A stretch of DNA of 64,000 bases from Blepharisma stoltei ATCC 30299 (lineage: Eukaryota > Protista > Ciliophora): the NCBI GenBank assembly GCA_965603825.1, contig CBFDEM010000053.1, positions 124,001 through 188,000 on the forward strand. The letters run 5' to 3'. The position numbers were made by a program, and so were the translations under genes. Shown here one piece after another: positions 12,494 to 22,936 of the stretch. The notes under the pieces were generated by a model. It searched no databases and had not been told where the DNA came from. It saw only the letters and a program-made list of their open reading frames with translations. Every line of letters starts with the position of its first letter. The stretch's first letter is position 1.

Positions 12494-13960
12494 TTATTGA
12501 AATGAATCTTTTACAATTTTTACTGCAATTCTTTCCTGATTCACCATCGGAGATGCTATATTAATTAGACAATAAGTCACCTGCCCTGGCGATTTTAATA
12601 AATTTTGTATGTTCACACAAATCGTTCCACCCTCCCTAAAAGTTTGAAGTGCCATGCTTGAACTTGTTAAAATGATATGTGGTGGATTATCAAGCTGAAA
12701 TTTCGAATAATGGGCATATTCTACTGGTAGATCTGATGGATATACAGGCAAATAGCTGAGCTGGTGAAGGATTTGGTGGCTTGCTACTTCAATTTTATTG
12801 ATCATTGACCTAGATTTGTAGGTAGATGATGATATAACTTCTTTTCATAAATCGTATGGCACAATTCCAATAGTAACATCTTTAATTTTTAATGTGCATG
12901 GGTTTGAGGCGCTCATGCCATCATAAGGTGGCTGAGGTAACGGGTAAAAATGAGTCATTTCTCTAATACTTGGAACAATAATGACTTCTTTAAAACGTGA
13001 ATTTATGTAATTTGATAAAGCATTGAAAAGATCTTCATAGGTACCATTTTCAACATTCAAAAATTGGCTATTAATTTGCTGACATTTAATTATTCTGTGC
13101 TCTGCATCTACTAGAGGGCCAATAAGTATTAAACTGTTTACATTATTAGCAATAGTATCTATAAACCGCTGGAGTGGAAGATATTCTAAATTATCAGGGT
13201 CCGTAAAAGGTCCGGCAGCAACCGCAACAATGACAGGAGGCTCATTATAGGCCCACTCTGATGATTTTCTATCTATCCATTCAAGGTTGATTTCAGTTCC
13301 AATTTGCTCAGCAGAAAACACAAAAGAATCGCAAGTCCCTTTTGCAATAATAATTTGTCCATTAAACAGTACATACTCAGGAAGTGCTTTCAAATCCAAA
13401 GCTACTGAACTTGATATATCTTCCAAATAAATATCATTTTTTTCATCCCTATCATCAATACAAACCCTTCCAACCACAGAAATTGTTTCTTGTCCAGACA
13501 TCTGAGTCAGCCTTTGGAATTCCTCAATTCCAAATGAGTCTTTATATCGTCTCGTCATTTTTTCCAGCTGATTTTCAAGCTCTTGAGTCGCCATTGCAGA
13601 TGGCTCTCCAAAATAATACCCATTCCAAGTATTTAAAACTTTTGGCATAATTTTCGCTGTATTTGGTGCTTCAAAAATAAAATTAAAATTATCAGGCACA
13701 TATTGATATGCTACATTTCGGGTTGCAAGTGTAGCCTTGTTTGCAGACAGTGCAACAGCTGGCTTTTTTTTGTTTCCCTCGTATTTTTTCAATATTTTTT
13801 GCAGTTCAGCTGTAATTGAAGAATTCACAACTTGCGCTTTTTTATTCATAAAAATCGCTTCAAGTTCATCATTAATTTGTTGCCTGCTTGCATTGGTCAT
13901 CCTCACAATTTCTTCATATCGTTCCCTATCCTCTTCACTAGCAAAATTTATTCCCGCCAT
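12494..13960 (-). CDS. POLA2: DNA polymerase alpha subunit B
   Basis: VVGRVC, LFNGQII, VAAGPFT, LIGPLVD, VPS.R...H..PLPQPP, SNPC and P+YP motifs of the B-subunit family; TGA=Trp at 12845-12847 joins two track ORFs. Confidence 0.88.
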
Positions 13961-13999
13961 ATTATTATAATTGCCTCCAAATTATCATTATTTTCCTAA

Positions 14000-14554
14000 T
14001 TAATTGATATGTTGCAGCACACCTTGCCTTATAAGTCCAGCCGCTTCACTTCTCCTTAATAAATGCACCGTATTTTTTTCTAATGACACCTGTCCAGTCT
14101 CTGGCAGCACGATATCTCCTACATCTTCAGTTGCCCGAACTTCAACAAAAACGTCTTTTGGTGGCTGCAAGTCACCAGTCAAATCTAAAGATTTGCTGAC
14201 TTTACGAGAATAGTCTTGCAGTAAGGCTGAGTACTGCTTGAAATAGTCCATTTCATCTTTGTTAAGCTGATTTGAAAAGTGGGGAGGGATGTTTGGGCCG
14301 GTTTCTAAGCGAAGGCACTCGAGTTTAGTAAGGCGGTAGTTTAGATAAGCAAGAACACAGCGTTTATTTCGATTAACCAGGCTAGATTTTATTAGAGCAG
14401 AATCGGTGTTTCGGTCCTCTAGATCTGAGACGGCTTTTTCGTATAATGAAGCCATATCTTGGGAAATCTCTGAAATAAGGGCTACGTTGTAAGGAGGAAG
14501 CCATTTCGACGTTTTGAGTTCGCGCACTAGTTTTTTGCTTTTTTCTGCGTGCAT
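14000..14554 (-). CDS. GINS1: GINS complex subunit Psf1
   Basis: LPPYN, RNKRCVLAYL..RL, DLT.DL.PPK..FVEVR, LIRQG motifs. Confidence 0.92.
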   Translation of the reverse strand: MHAEKSKKLVRELKTSKWLPPYNVALISEISQDMASLYEKAVSDLEDRNTDSALIKSSLVNRNKRCVLAYLNYRLTKLECLRLETGPNIPPHFSNQLNKDEMDYFKQYSALLQDYSRKVSKSLDLTGDLQPPKDVFVEVRATEDVGDIVLPETGQVSLEKNTVHLLRRSEAAGLIRQGVLQHIN

Positions 14555-14674
14555 TTTATTATTTGTATTTTATATCTTTTTTAATAAAATATCATTTTAA
14601 GCTAATTTTTAACAAAAATATTTTGGCTCATTAAACGGAATTATTCGACTGTTAAAAAAAGCTAAAATGTTTAA

Positions 14675-15241
14675 TTAAGTCTTTTTCAATTGCATAATCT
14701 TTACCTCTGTCTTAATTCTCTGCTTTCTTTCAGTCTTCAATCTTTCCTCTAACTCCCTAATATACTTTTCAGCAGCTAAGTCAGAAGTACCAACTTTAGC
14801 CTGTACATCCTTCAACTCTTTTTCCAAATTTTCCAGTCTTGGGCTTTCTTCTTGAATTTTATCAATCCTCCTTGACCTGATTTTATTTGGTGAGCTTGAG
14901 TGATGTCTGATCTTTTCAGGAGATCCTGAAATTTCTTTTCTTATCCTTATTACTGATTTTTGAGGACTAAAGCTTGAAGTTCGGCTCAAAGAGTCATCAG
15001 CTAAGGCATGGCTGATATGCTTGGTGCCACCATAGGTGTATCCAAGGTTATACCTGAATGTTTTATAATTAACTGGTTTTGCATGCTGATCAGCATTTGG
15101 AAAGAGAGGTCTGCAAAGGCTTTGGGTTGAGTCTATTGTTGAATAGGGCCCAAAAGTTTTATAAAATTGAGATGTTCTTGATTGTTCTTGTTTGACTCTT
15201 TGTTGCCAAGCAAGATGCTCAGAGTGATAGCTTAGTGACAT
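14675..15241 (-). CDS. hypothetical protein with C-terminal coiled coil
   Basis: 188-aa ORF, ATG to TAA, flanked by AT-rich spacers. Confidence 0.7.
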   Translation of the reverse strand: MSLSYHSEHLAWQQRVKQEQSRTSQFYKTFGPYSTIDSTQSLCRPLFPNADQHAKPVNYKTFRYNLGYTYGGTKHISHALADDSLSRTSSFSPQKSVIRIRKEISGSPEKIRHHSSSPNKIRSRRIDKIQEESPRLENLEKELKDVQAKVGTSDLAAEKYIRELEERLKTERKQRIKTEVKIMQLKKT

Positions 15242-15704
15242 TTATAGCGTTATAATGGAGAAATTAATGGTTTATGTAGAGATAATTATTATTTAGTTGT
15301 GAAAGTAATTAAATGTAAGGCTTTTCTTAAAGATTGTAAAAGGATCTAAATTTTGGTGGATTGAAGTGATAAAAATTTTCCTATAATGTTTTTTGCTGAA
15401 TTTAGCTTAAATAAGACAATAGAGTGTCTTAAATATCAAAAAATTTTTTTGCTCTCCAATATTATCATTTTCTTAATAACTCCATTTTGGCTTATTTAAA
15501 TGATATTTTTCTTTTAAAAGTAACACTCTTAAGTTTTTTGAACTTGATATTTAAAATTTCATGTGAATTATTATTAATTTTATTAAATACATTACACAAA
15601 CTTTATTGTCCCTAAAAATAAAAAATATTGATAGCTACTATGTATAAAATTCTTAATTTCATAATCTTTAAACATAACTATTCCTATAAGTTAAAGATTT
15701 AACT

Positions 15705-16046
15705 TTAAAGAGTATATCCTTGCTGTTTAAGAACTTCATCTGCCTTCATCTCATCTTCATATGGGATGCGCATAGCATAATCTCCGCGTGCAATTAAAGC
15801 ATTCTTTCTTGATCTTGCTATAAGTGGCTGATAATGACGTCTGTATCCCCACATCTTCAAGTCTTCTCTAGCTTTTTTCTCATCTGGTCTAACTCTGTCT
15901 AAAAATGCCAAAGTGCGTTGTGCACTGCTGCGATTGTACCAGTAAACACTGTAAAAGCACAAAAATAGCAAGAAGAAGTTGTATCCTCTAGTCTTTCTAA
16001 TCATCCATGAGTGATGCTTCTTATAAAGAGTATGCCAATAAACCAT
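15705..16046 (-). CDS. small single-TM protein, possibly a mitochondrial inner-membrane complex subunit
   Basis: 113 aa, one aromatic-rich TM helix, basic; the function is inference only. Confidence 0.65.
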   Translation of the reverse strand: MVYWHTLYKKHHSWMIRKTRGYNFFLLFLCFYSVYWYNRSSAQRTLAFLDRVRPDEKKAREDLKMWGYRRHYQPLIARSRKNALIARGDYAMRIPYEDEMKADEVLKQQGYTL

Positions 16047-16192
16047 TTTATTGATTATCCTTTAACTCAATATTTTCGAAGGACCTTAAAGAAAATTATA
16101 TTGAAAAATCATTATTTCAATAATATTTACGAAGCTTTAAATAATTAGCAATAAAGTTATGCAAAATGCAAAATTTATTTTATTAGCTTTTA

Positions 16193-17278
16193 CTACTGCA
16201 AATAATACACTTCAAATACCTCATCACATTGGCAAAAGCACGCACACGAGTCTGTAGGATCCAAATTTTCTTGTGTAAAGTTATCCAAGGGGTTGCTGAT
16301 CTGTTCTCTTGACATTTCAGTTAACAATTTAATTGGCCTATTCGGTAAAAAATATTTCTGAATTTGATGTATTTTTTGTAGCCCAAACCATTGCAGTCCC
16401 TTCCTCAGTTGCTGCAGCTCTTCTTCATTTAGCGGCTTTTTTTGTTCTTCTAATAATTTCATAATCCTTTCCTGAGCTTCATTTTTTGGTGGGTATTTTT
16501 TTGACTTTAAATTTTTAATCCTATTTTTTATTTGAGCAGGAGTTTTATTCGGTAATCAATTTTCTTGTATCAAAAATAATGAGCTGGTTTTAGTTAACCC
16601 TTGGAGTAATAGCATATCATCTAAAACGTTAAAACCTTGTTTTGCCTTTCTTGGAGATGGAATATTGTCAAGCGGCAAAAGCCATCTAGATATAAAAGGA
16701 GGAGAAAAAATTTCCAATGCATCTTTTATTTCTTTTCGGGACATTCTTACCCTCATTAAATCTTCAAAAGGAAAACAAGTTTTGATAACATCTACTAAAG
16801 GGACATACAGCAATGAGATTTGGCGGGGGACGGAAATTTTGGCTCTGCCGTTTATCAAAAATGAAATATCATATAAATTCGAGTTTGATTCACATCTCTT
16901 AAGCACATCTCTAAGTATTCTCACCCCGTCTTCTTTCATTCTAATATCATCCGCAAGCAAAATGTTTTGTATCAGTAATTGGATAAAAATTTCAATTTGT
17001 GAAAGCAGCATCATCCTCTGCTCTCTCGTAAAGCACACCACATTATCCATAACTCTTTGGTTATAAACTGGCATCACAGGCCTATAGACTGTACAAGTAG
17101 GCTTTGAAATATGCTGAGATTCCATCACGAGATCTACAAGCTCAGCTTTTGGAATTCTTGCATGGTAATTGTCTTCAATTACTTCGTCAACTGCAAAAAA
17201 ATCCTCATCGTCGCTAGGCAAATCTTCTTCATTATTAGTCGCAGATATAAAATTTTTGTAATACTCGTCTTCGTCCAT
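16193..17278 (-). CDS. GON-4-like / SANT-Myb-repeat nuclear protein
   Basis: TGA=Trp at 16556 joins two ORFs. Acidic DDEDF N-terminus, Q+LIQ helix, F..LDD.LL..GL...WLPNKTPAQIKNRIKNL, and a second Myb-like repeat (L.KGLQWFG...YFLPNR). Confidence 0.65.
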
Positions 17279-17298
17279 GATAAAAAATTATTTATAAA

Positions 17299-19620
17299 TT
17301 ATCGATTAGATTTTCGACTGAGAATAGGAAGCTCGCCTTCAGTGTTTGATAAATCAAACTGAGGGGTATGGATTATTAAATCATTTGCTGGAACAGAAGA
17401 AGGTCGCCATTTGCGAAAAGATGTAGAAGTTTTGCAGCGAATATTTCTGTTTTCCTCAAGAAAACTTGTCATGCTGAATTCATTGGAATTTGTTTCCCAG
17501 ATCCCTTCAATAATTTTTTTCTGGATATCAATGAGCTCTTTTCGGTTGAATTGGCTGCCTCCATACAAGACTAGAGAGGGGGTGTAGGCTAAGCAAGCCA
17601 TTTTAAAAGCATTCATAACAATTGATGACTGCCCAGCACATGATTGGCATTGTTTATCTATTGAAACAACTGGTCTTGCATTAGCTGCTCTGCTTTGAGT
17701 TCGACTTCCGGGTCTTTGTTTAGTGTCTTTATATGCTAGTAAGGAGATTGAATCTCTATCAATTTCATCTTGACTTTGCAAAGATATACAAATTTTTGAA
17801 TATTCTACAAGTAGCTCCACAACTTTTCTTAGACTTTCATATTTTTCTTCGTTCTTAGGGTTTTGGTATGAAAGTCCAGCAATTTTTGTATTTAATGCCT
17901 TAATATCTGACGCTATATCAGAATTTTCTCTTTTCCTTTGGTTTAAAATAGTCATATACTCACTCATGTTTTGCTCCATTATCAGTTCTACTTCTTTTAT
18001 CCTCTGGCTAGTATCTTCCATTATTTCTTTTTCTTTCTGCGAAATCTCATAAAGCCTCAGCTTGAGCTGTGTATCAACTTCTTCAGTTTTCATCTTTGTA
18101 TCTAGAATATTCTCTTTTAGTAACAAAATTTCATCTTTTATGCTTAAAATATCTTCCTCATGCAAACTTTTTAATTCAAAAATCATTTGCTTTACCTCTT
18201 CTATATAAGGTGAAAAATCAATTTGCTGCTGCATAAAAAAGGGTTCATTGGGCTCTGAAGTGTTGTCAGTGTCTGAACGATGAGAATTTAAGGTTTCTTG
18301 AGGCTGAGGCATAAAGGAATCAAATCTTTCATGAGTGGTTAAAGTGACTGGCTCCTCAGTCTCATTTAGCTTTGAGACTGATGATATTATTGGCATGTTT
18401 TCTATACCTCTAAAACTTTGTCGAGGAGATAAAGGTCTCATATGAATTATACTTTCTTTTGAGGATAAATGCTCAGGTTTATCGTTTTCGCTTTCTTCAT
18501 GCTGTGACCCTGAATTTTCCTCTTCTTCATAAGTTCGTTTAGATGGTACATATAAGCGGTGGGTTCCTCGACGAGAAGCATTTACTGATGGAGAAAGAGA
18601 GGACTTGCTACTTGATATGGAAGATGCTGATATCAGTGTATGCTTTATTTGTTTAGGCTCTGGAGGGGGCGGTGGAAGTGGAGTATCTAAAATTTGTTGG
18701 GAACGGTTTTTCATATCAGCAACAATTTCCCGTAAATCTGGGTTTAGTAAATTTTCATCCCAGCCTCCAAGCATGTCGTTTTCTACTTTAGCAATATTTC
18801 TTCTGAGCTTTGGGTCTTGAAGAGTCTCATATAAAGCATACATAACGAAAAGTTGATTCTTTATTTTGTATTCATTACTTAGATAATCATATATCTTTTT
18901 ATTCATGCTTTGAATTTCTCCGCCCTGCAAATAAATGCTGCTTTTTAATTTATCAATCGACTCATTTACTATTTTTTGCAAGTTTTTCAGTGTTTTCTTA
19001 TGCTTTTTTAAATCTTTTTGACTTTCATCCGCTATTTTATCTCCTCTTTTCGCAATAAAATCCACTTCAGCTAGATCTTTTAGCACATGCTCCAATTTTT
19101 TTTCAATTTGAAAATTATTTCTTTCTACCTTTCCAGTCCTTATATTTAATTCTTCAATTTTCGCTAAATAATCATCTTGAAACAGTCCTAATTTTTCTTC
19201 AGTAATATTTTTATTGGAATTCACAGTATGTGAAAGCTTATAAATATCGCTTCTAAGCTGCTCTTTTTGATGATCTAAAACGTCTATTTTCTCCTCACAG
19301 TAAATAATTTTTTTTGAAAGAAGATCTAACTGTTGCTTAAACTCTTCTTTATCTTTTGTAAATCGAGATTCCATTACTCTCATACTGGCTTCATATTCCA
19401 TTGTACGCTTTGAGTAGTCATCTGTAGCTTCTAATTTTTTGTTTGTGGCAAAAAGATGATTTTCAAGAGATTGGATTTTCTTAAGGAGTTCTTCATCTTT
19501 AAGAGAGAGTTTTTCAATTCCTTCTTTATTTTCTTGGGATCTTCTGATAGTGGGCTCTACAAGCTCTTTGACGATTTTTCGTAGACGGTTTTCAAGACCG
19601 AGAAAATCTGGCTCTTCCAT
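17299..19620 (-). CDS. large coiled-coil protein with polyproline/Ser-rich linker and C-terminal CxxC...FKMACL.Y motif
   Basis: 773-aa uninterrupted ORF. Confidence 0.8.
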   Translation of the reverse strand: MEEPDFLGLENRLRKIVKELVEPTIRRSQENKEGIEKLSLKDEELLKKIQSLENHLFATNKKLEATDDYSKRTMEYEASMRVMESRFTKDKEEFKQQLDLLSKKIIYCEEKIDVLDHQKEQLRSDIYKLSHTVNSNKNITEEKLGLFQDDYLAKIEELNIRTGKVERNNFQIEKKLEHVLKDLAEVDFIAKRGDKIADESQKDLKKHKKTLKNLQKIVNESIDKLKSSIYLQGGEIQSMNKKIYDYLSNEYKIKNQLFVMYALYETLQDPKLRRNIAKVENDMLGGWDENLLNPDLREIVADMKNRSQQILDTPLPPPPPEPKQIKHTLISASSISSSKSSLSPSVNASRRGTHRLYVPSKRTYEEEENSGSQHEESENDKPEHLSSKESIIHMRPLSPRQSFRGIENMPIISSVSKLNETEEPVTLTTHERFDSFMPQPQETLNSHRSDTDNTSEPNEPFFMQQQIDFSPYIEEVKQMIFELKSLHEEDILSIKDEILLLKENILDTKMKTEEVDTQLKLRLYEISQKEKEIMEDTSQRIKEVELIMEQNMSEYMTILNQRKRENSDIASDIKALNTKIAGLSYQNPKNEEKYESLRKVVELLVEYSKICISLQSQDEIDRDSISLLAYKDTKQRPGSRTQSRAANARPVVSIDKQCQSCAGQSSIVMNAFKMACLAYTPSLVLYGGSQFNRKELIDIQKKIIEGIWETNSNEFSMTSFLEENRNIRCKTSTSFRKWRPSSVPANDLIIHTPQFDLSNTEGELPILSRKSNR

Positions 19621-19727
19621 TAGGTGATTTTTAAATAGAATTTATGAATTAACCATTTTTTAGAAGGATCTTATAGTAGTAAGGTTAGTAATTTTAAAAT
19701 ATGCTAAATCGATCAATTTCAAATAAT

Positions 19728-20630
19728 TTATCCTTTACTATAAAAACAAGCCAGCCCTATTTGTTTCATTTTCCCACTGCTTTTACTTATAGCCCTTATA
19801 TCAGGCACGCTATTTAGATATGATGCTTTTGCTGCAGATTTTTTGACTGCGTAAACGCGTTCTTGTTCTTTTTCAGGTTCTTTCTCCTCTACTTGACTCT
19901 CTTTATCAATTTCAACGACTTCCTCTTTTTTAATTTTGTGTCCATGCTCATCATTTTCCCCTAAATTGCATCTCTTAACAGGCAATATTTCTTCAATAGT
20001 ATCAGTTTCTATGGTATCTTGCATCATTATATCATCTAAATCATCAATTTCCATCATATCACGAATTTTACTAAATGTCACTTTTTTGGGTTCATTTTTA
20101 ACTCCTACCGTAATATTTTCTTCAAATTCTTCCATAACTACTTCTTCCACTTCTTTTTTTACCTCAATTTCTGGCACTTTTGGCTTAGGAACAGGCTTAA
20201 ACTGCAGCTTGTGCTGTGCATGCAATTCCCTTATATTTTGTTTCAAGTATGGAATAACAGAAAATTCATTAAAAAATAGTCCGCCACTCCCATTCATATG
20301 TGAAATTATTTTTTTCCTTTCTATAGCTTCACTGGAAAACAAATTTTCTAATTCTTCAGTAATTCTTTGTAAGGCATAAATTTTTGGTTTTACACCCATC
20401 ATAGACTCATATTGGGTCACATTTAAGTCTGAGCAGATAATTGAGACTTTATTGGAGTAAATCGTATAAATTATTCTGTAATTTTGAGTACCTAGTTCAG
20501 CTAAAACTTTAAGAATCAGGTTTTCTAGATTAATATGAGGGATTTGTAGAGACTGGGACAGAGAAAAAAGGGAGATAGTTGGGTGAGAAATAATGTAATT
20601 TTTGACTAAGGGAATATATGAGTCTTCCAT
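19728..20630 (-). CDS. probable DNA polymerase delta subunit 3 (Pol32/Cdc27-like)
   Basis: Folded N-terminus, disordered acidic/basic middle, extreme C-terminal PIP box (KQIGLACFY = Qxx[L]xx[FY][FY]). Confidence 0.55.
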   Translation of the reverse strand: MEDSYIPLVKNYIISHPTISLFSLSQSLQIPHINLENLILKVLAELGTQNYRIIYTIYSNKVSIICSDLNVTQYESMMGVKPKIYALQRITEELENLFSSEAIERKKIISHMNGSGGLFFNEFSVIPYLKQNIRELHAQHKLQFKPVPKPKVPEIEVKKEVEEVVMEEFEENITVGVKNEPKKVTFSKIRDMMEIDDLDDIMMQDTIETDTIEEILPVKRCNLGENDEHGHKIKKEEVVEIDKESQVEEKEPEKEQERVYAVKKSAAKASYLNSVPDIRAISKSSGKMKQIGLACFYSKG

Positions 20631-20722
20631 TATGCTGATTTTATCATAATCAAAAATCCCCCTCGGTATTTTTCCTTATAGATTTTCCCTATTTTATAAA
20701 CAATTTATAAAAGAGTATTAGG

Positions 20723-21454
20723 TTAGAGCATTCTAAGAACTAAGTTGTTTATCTTCTTTTCTCTGTTTCCCCAATCTCCTCCTTGAATATAGGAAGTCCT
20801 TTTATGGCTGAATCCACCTTTAGGTGAGGATAATTTGAATCTCCAGAGCAAGTTATTGACTTCTTTAAAGTGTGGCCCACAAGTAGCTAGTTCAGTGACT
20901 ACATCTTCAGCACAGACAATCTTGAATTTCCCAAGTTCCTTTTCAATCTGAGCATTATCATAAAGAGGAATTCTGTTTTTATTAAGCTTCAAGTAGCCTC
21001 TCTTGTAAACAAGCTTCTGAATGGTTTCTCTAGATGGGTATCCGTATGTAATCCAAGGCTCAACAAGTTTAAGCATATTCTTGGTAGCTTTGTTGTTTTT
21101 AATCAAAACTGCACTGTGAAGCTGAATAAGTCTAAAAAGCTTGAGAATTGATCTGACCTTTGGTGGACATCTGTTGATACCTTTGATTCTAATAGCGAGG
21201 ATCACTTTTGGCTCAGGCTCGACCCAGAAATCTCTGTTCTCGTTGGCTGTTTGTTGGTTGTCTTGGTTGAGGACTTGAGATGCAACATAATCTTTAAGAT
21301 GCTTTTCAGATCTTTCAAGGGCTTCTTGGGCTGCGGCTACACGATATTGCTCTGCCTGAACTTTAGCTTCAGTTCTTGCAGCTTCGTTAGCGGCAATTCT
21401 GCTTCTAAGCTTTTGTAGTGATTCAGGCACCTTCTTAGCCTCTTTCTTGACCAT
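20723..21454 (-). CDS. RPL7: 60S ribosomal protein L7 (uL30)
   Basis: IRIKGIN, LFRLIQ, VEPWITYGYP, KRGY, GGDWGNRE..IN.L motifs. Confidence 0.96.
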   Translation of the reverse strand: MVKKEAKKVPESLQKLRSRIAANEAARTEAKVQAEQYRVAAAQEALERSEKHLKDYVASQVLNQDNQQTANENRDFWVEPEPKVILAIRIKGINRCPPKVRSILKLFRLIQLHSAVLIKNNKATKNMLKLVEPWITYGYPSRETIQKLVYKRGYLKLNKNRIPLYDNAQIEKELGKFKIVCAEDVVTELATCGPHFKEVNNLLWRFKLSSPKGGFSHKRTSYIQGGDWGNREKKINNLVLRML

Positions 21455-22043
21455 AAATATGGATTATTACTGTGACCTTGGGCTAGAAAGAAAGAGAGCT
21501 GGTTATGCTAGGCTAAAATTCTTCGATTTGGAGATTTTCAAATTGGCGTGATTCAAGATTTATATATAAATTGATAGAAATCATTGAAGGGATAAAAACA
21601 GCATAAATCAAGGGACTGGATAGCGACAGCATATTGCCACTTCCTTTATTCTTACAAAATATTTAGGCGTAGGTTAACAATTTATCAAAACTAATCATTA
21701 AGAGGAAATTCTGCAGATTTATTCTTTAAGGGGCTTGGCTTGAAAATGTTAATAGCAAAGCAATCTCTCAATACACATCAGAAAGTGAAGATTTACTAGG
21801 AATTTCAGAAAATATAGCTAAAACGCTTCAAGTTTTACTAAAACGAAACAAGCTCATAATTATTGATATAATCGAAATATGAAGCAAATAATTAAGATTA
21901 AATTAAGTGTCTCTATATTTTATAAAAATTAAACTCTCTATATAAATAGCAAAGTTTATTAAATTTATTTAAGATAAATTATCAAGTAATTTATTTTAAT
22001 AAAAATATTTATACTTCAATTCATGCGAGCAATAATTTTATAT

Positions 22044-22159
22044 AAAAGTCATAGCCACTGCGCCAAGAGAGGTAGTTTAAACCAACGGCATTGCTAAACT
22101 CCCCGTGAAGGGAATATGCAAAATCCACATCGAAGTATCTCTTTAGCATTAGGCCACCC
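22044..22159 (-). ncRNA. candidate small structured RNA, vault-RNA/Y-RNA-like (copy 1)
   Basis: GC-rich island GGGUGGCC...GGCUAUGACUUUU; 5'/3' panhandle, UACUUCG motif, B-box-like GGUUUAAAC, GGCGC, upstream CCCATAA and TATA-like box. Confidence 0.6.
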
Positions 22160-22208
22160 TTTTTTCAATTACAAGGTTAAATATGGAATCTATTTTTTAG
22201 TATTTCAC

Positions 22209-22215
22209 TTATGGG
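22209..22215 (-). promoter_or_regulatory. CCCATAA upstream sequence element of ciliate snRNA/telomerase-RNA type (copy 1)
   Basis: Lies at -50..-56 from the predicted RNA start; ATATTTAA at -18..-25. Confidence 0.55.
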
Positions 22216-22758
22216 ATATAAAATTATTTTTTGTTAAAATTAATAAAATAAGTATTCAATGATTTAGAGATTTTCAAATTGATTTGACTCAAGATTTATA
22301 TATAAATTGATAGAAATCATTGAAGAGATAAAAACAGCATAAATCAAGGAACTAGAGAGCGACAGGATATTGTCACTTCCCTTATCCTTACAAATTATTT
22401 AGGCGTAGGCTAACAATTTATGAAAACTAATCATTAAGAGGAAATTCTGCAGATTTATTCTTTAAGGGGTTCGGCTTGTAAATTTTACTAGCAAAGCAAT
22501 CTCTTAATACATATCAGAAGGGGAGATCTATTAGGATTTTCAGAATATATAACTAAAACAAAACAAACTCATAATTATTGATATAATCGAATATGAAGCA
22601 AATAGTTAAGATTAAATTAAGTGCCTCTTTTTTTTATAAAAATTAAACTTTCTATATAAAACTCAGTAAATTTTAATAAATTTATTTAAGATAGGTTATC
22701 AAGAGATTTATTTTAATTAAAATATTTATATTTCAATTCACGCGAGCAACAATTTTAT

Positions 22759-22880
22759 AAAAAAACTAATGGCCACTGCGCCGAGAGAGGTAGTTTAAAC
22801 CAACGGCATTGGTGAAAATTCCCCCGTGAAGGGAAATTAGCAAATGCATATTGAAGTATCTCTTTGGCATTAGACCACCC
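22759..22880 (-). ncRNA. candidate small structured RNA, vault-RNA/Y-RNA-like (copy 2)
   Basis: GGGUGGUC...GGCCAUUAGUUUUUUU; same fold with pairing-compatible substitutions; T7 run at the 3' end. Confidence 0.6.
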
Positions 22881-22929
22881 TTTATTCACTCTCAAGGTTA
22901 AATATGGAATCTATTTTTTAGCATTTCAC

Positions 22930-22936
22930 TTATGGG
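22930..22936 (-). promoter_or_regulatory. CCCATAA upstream sequence element (copy 2)
   Basis: Identical -50..-56 spacing; ATATTTAA again at -18..-25. Confidence 0.55.

Noticed and set aside
22044-22880. Cobalamin riboswitch upstream of metH (GCCACTG and GGGAA are present)
   Set aside because: Motif order is wrong and there is no B12-box AGYCAG-AGACC. The element is about 480 bp or more from the ATG, and pairing plus promoter evidence favour the opposite strand.
22044-22880. Telomerase RNA, U4 snRNA (GCGCAGTGGC) or tRNA A-box (TGGCGCAGTGG)
   Set aside because: No telomeric template such as CCCUAACA. The U4-like 10-mer is at the 3' end with no Sm site or U6-pairing context. No cloverleaf follows the A-box-like word.
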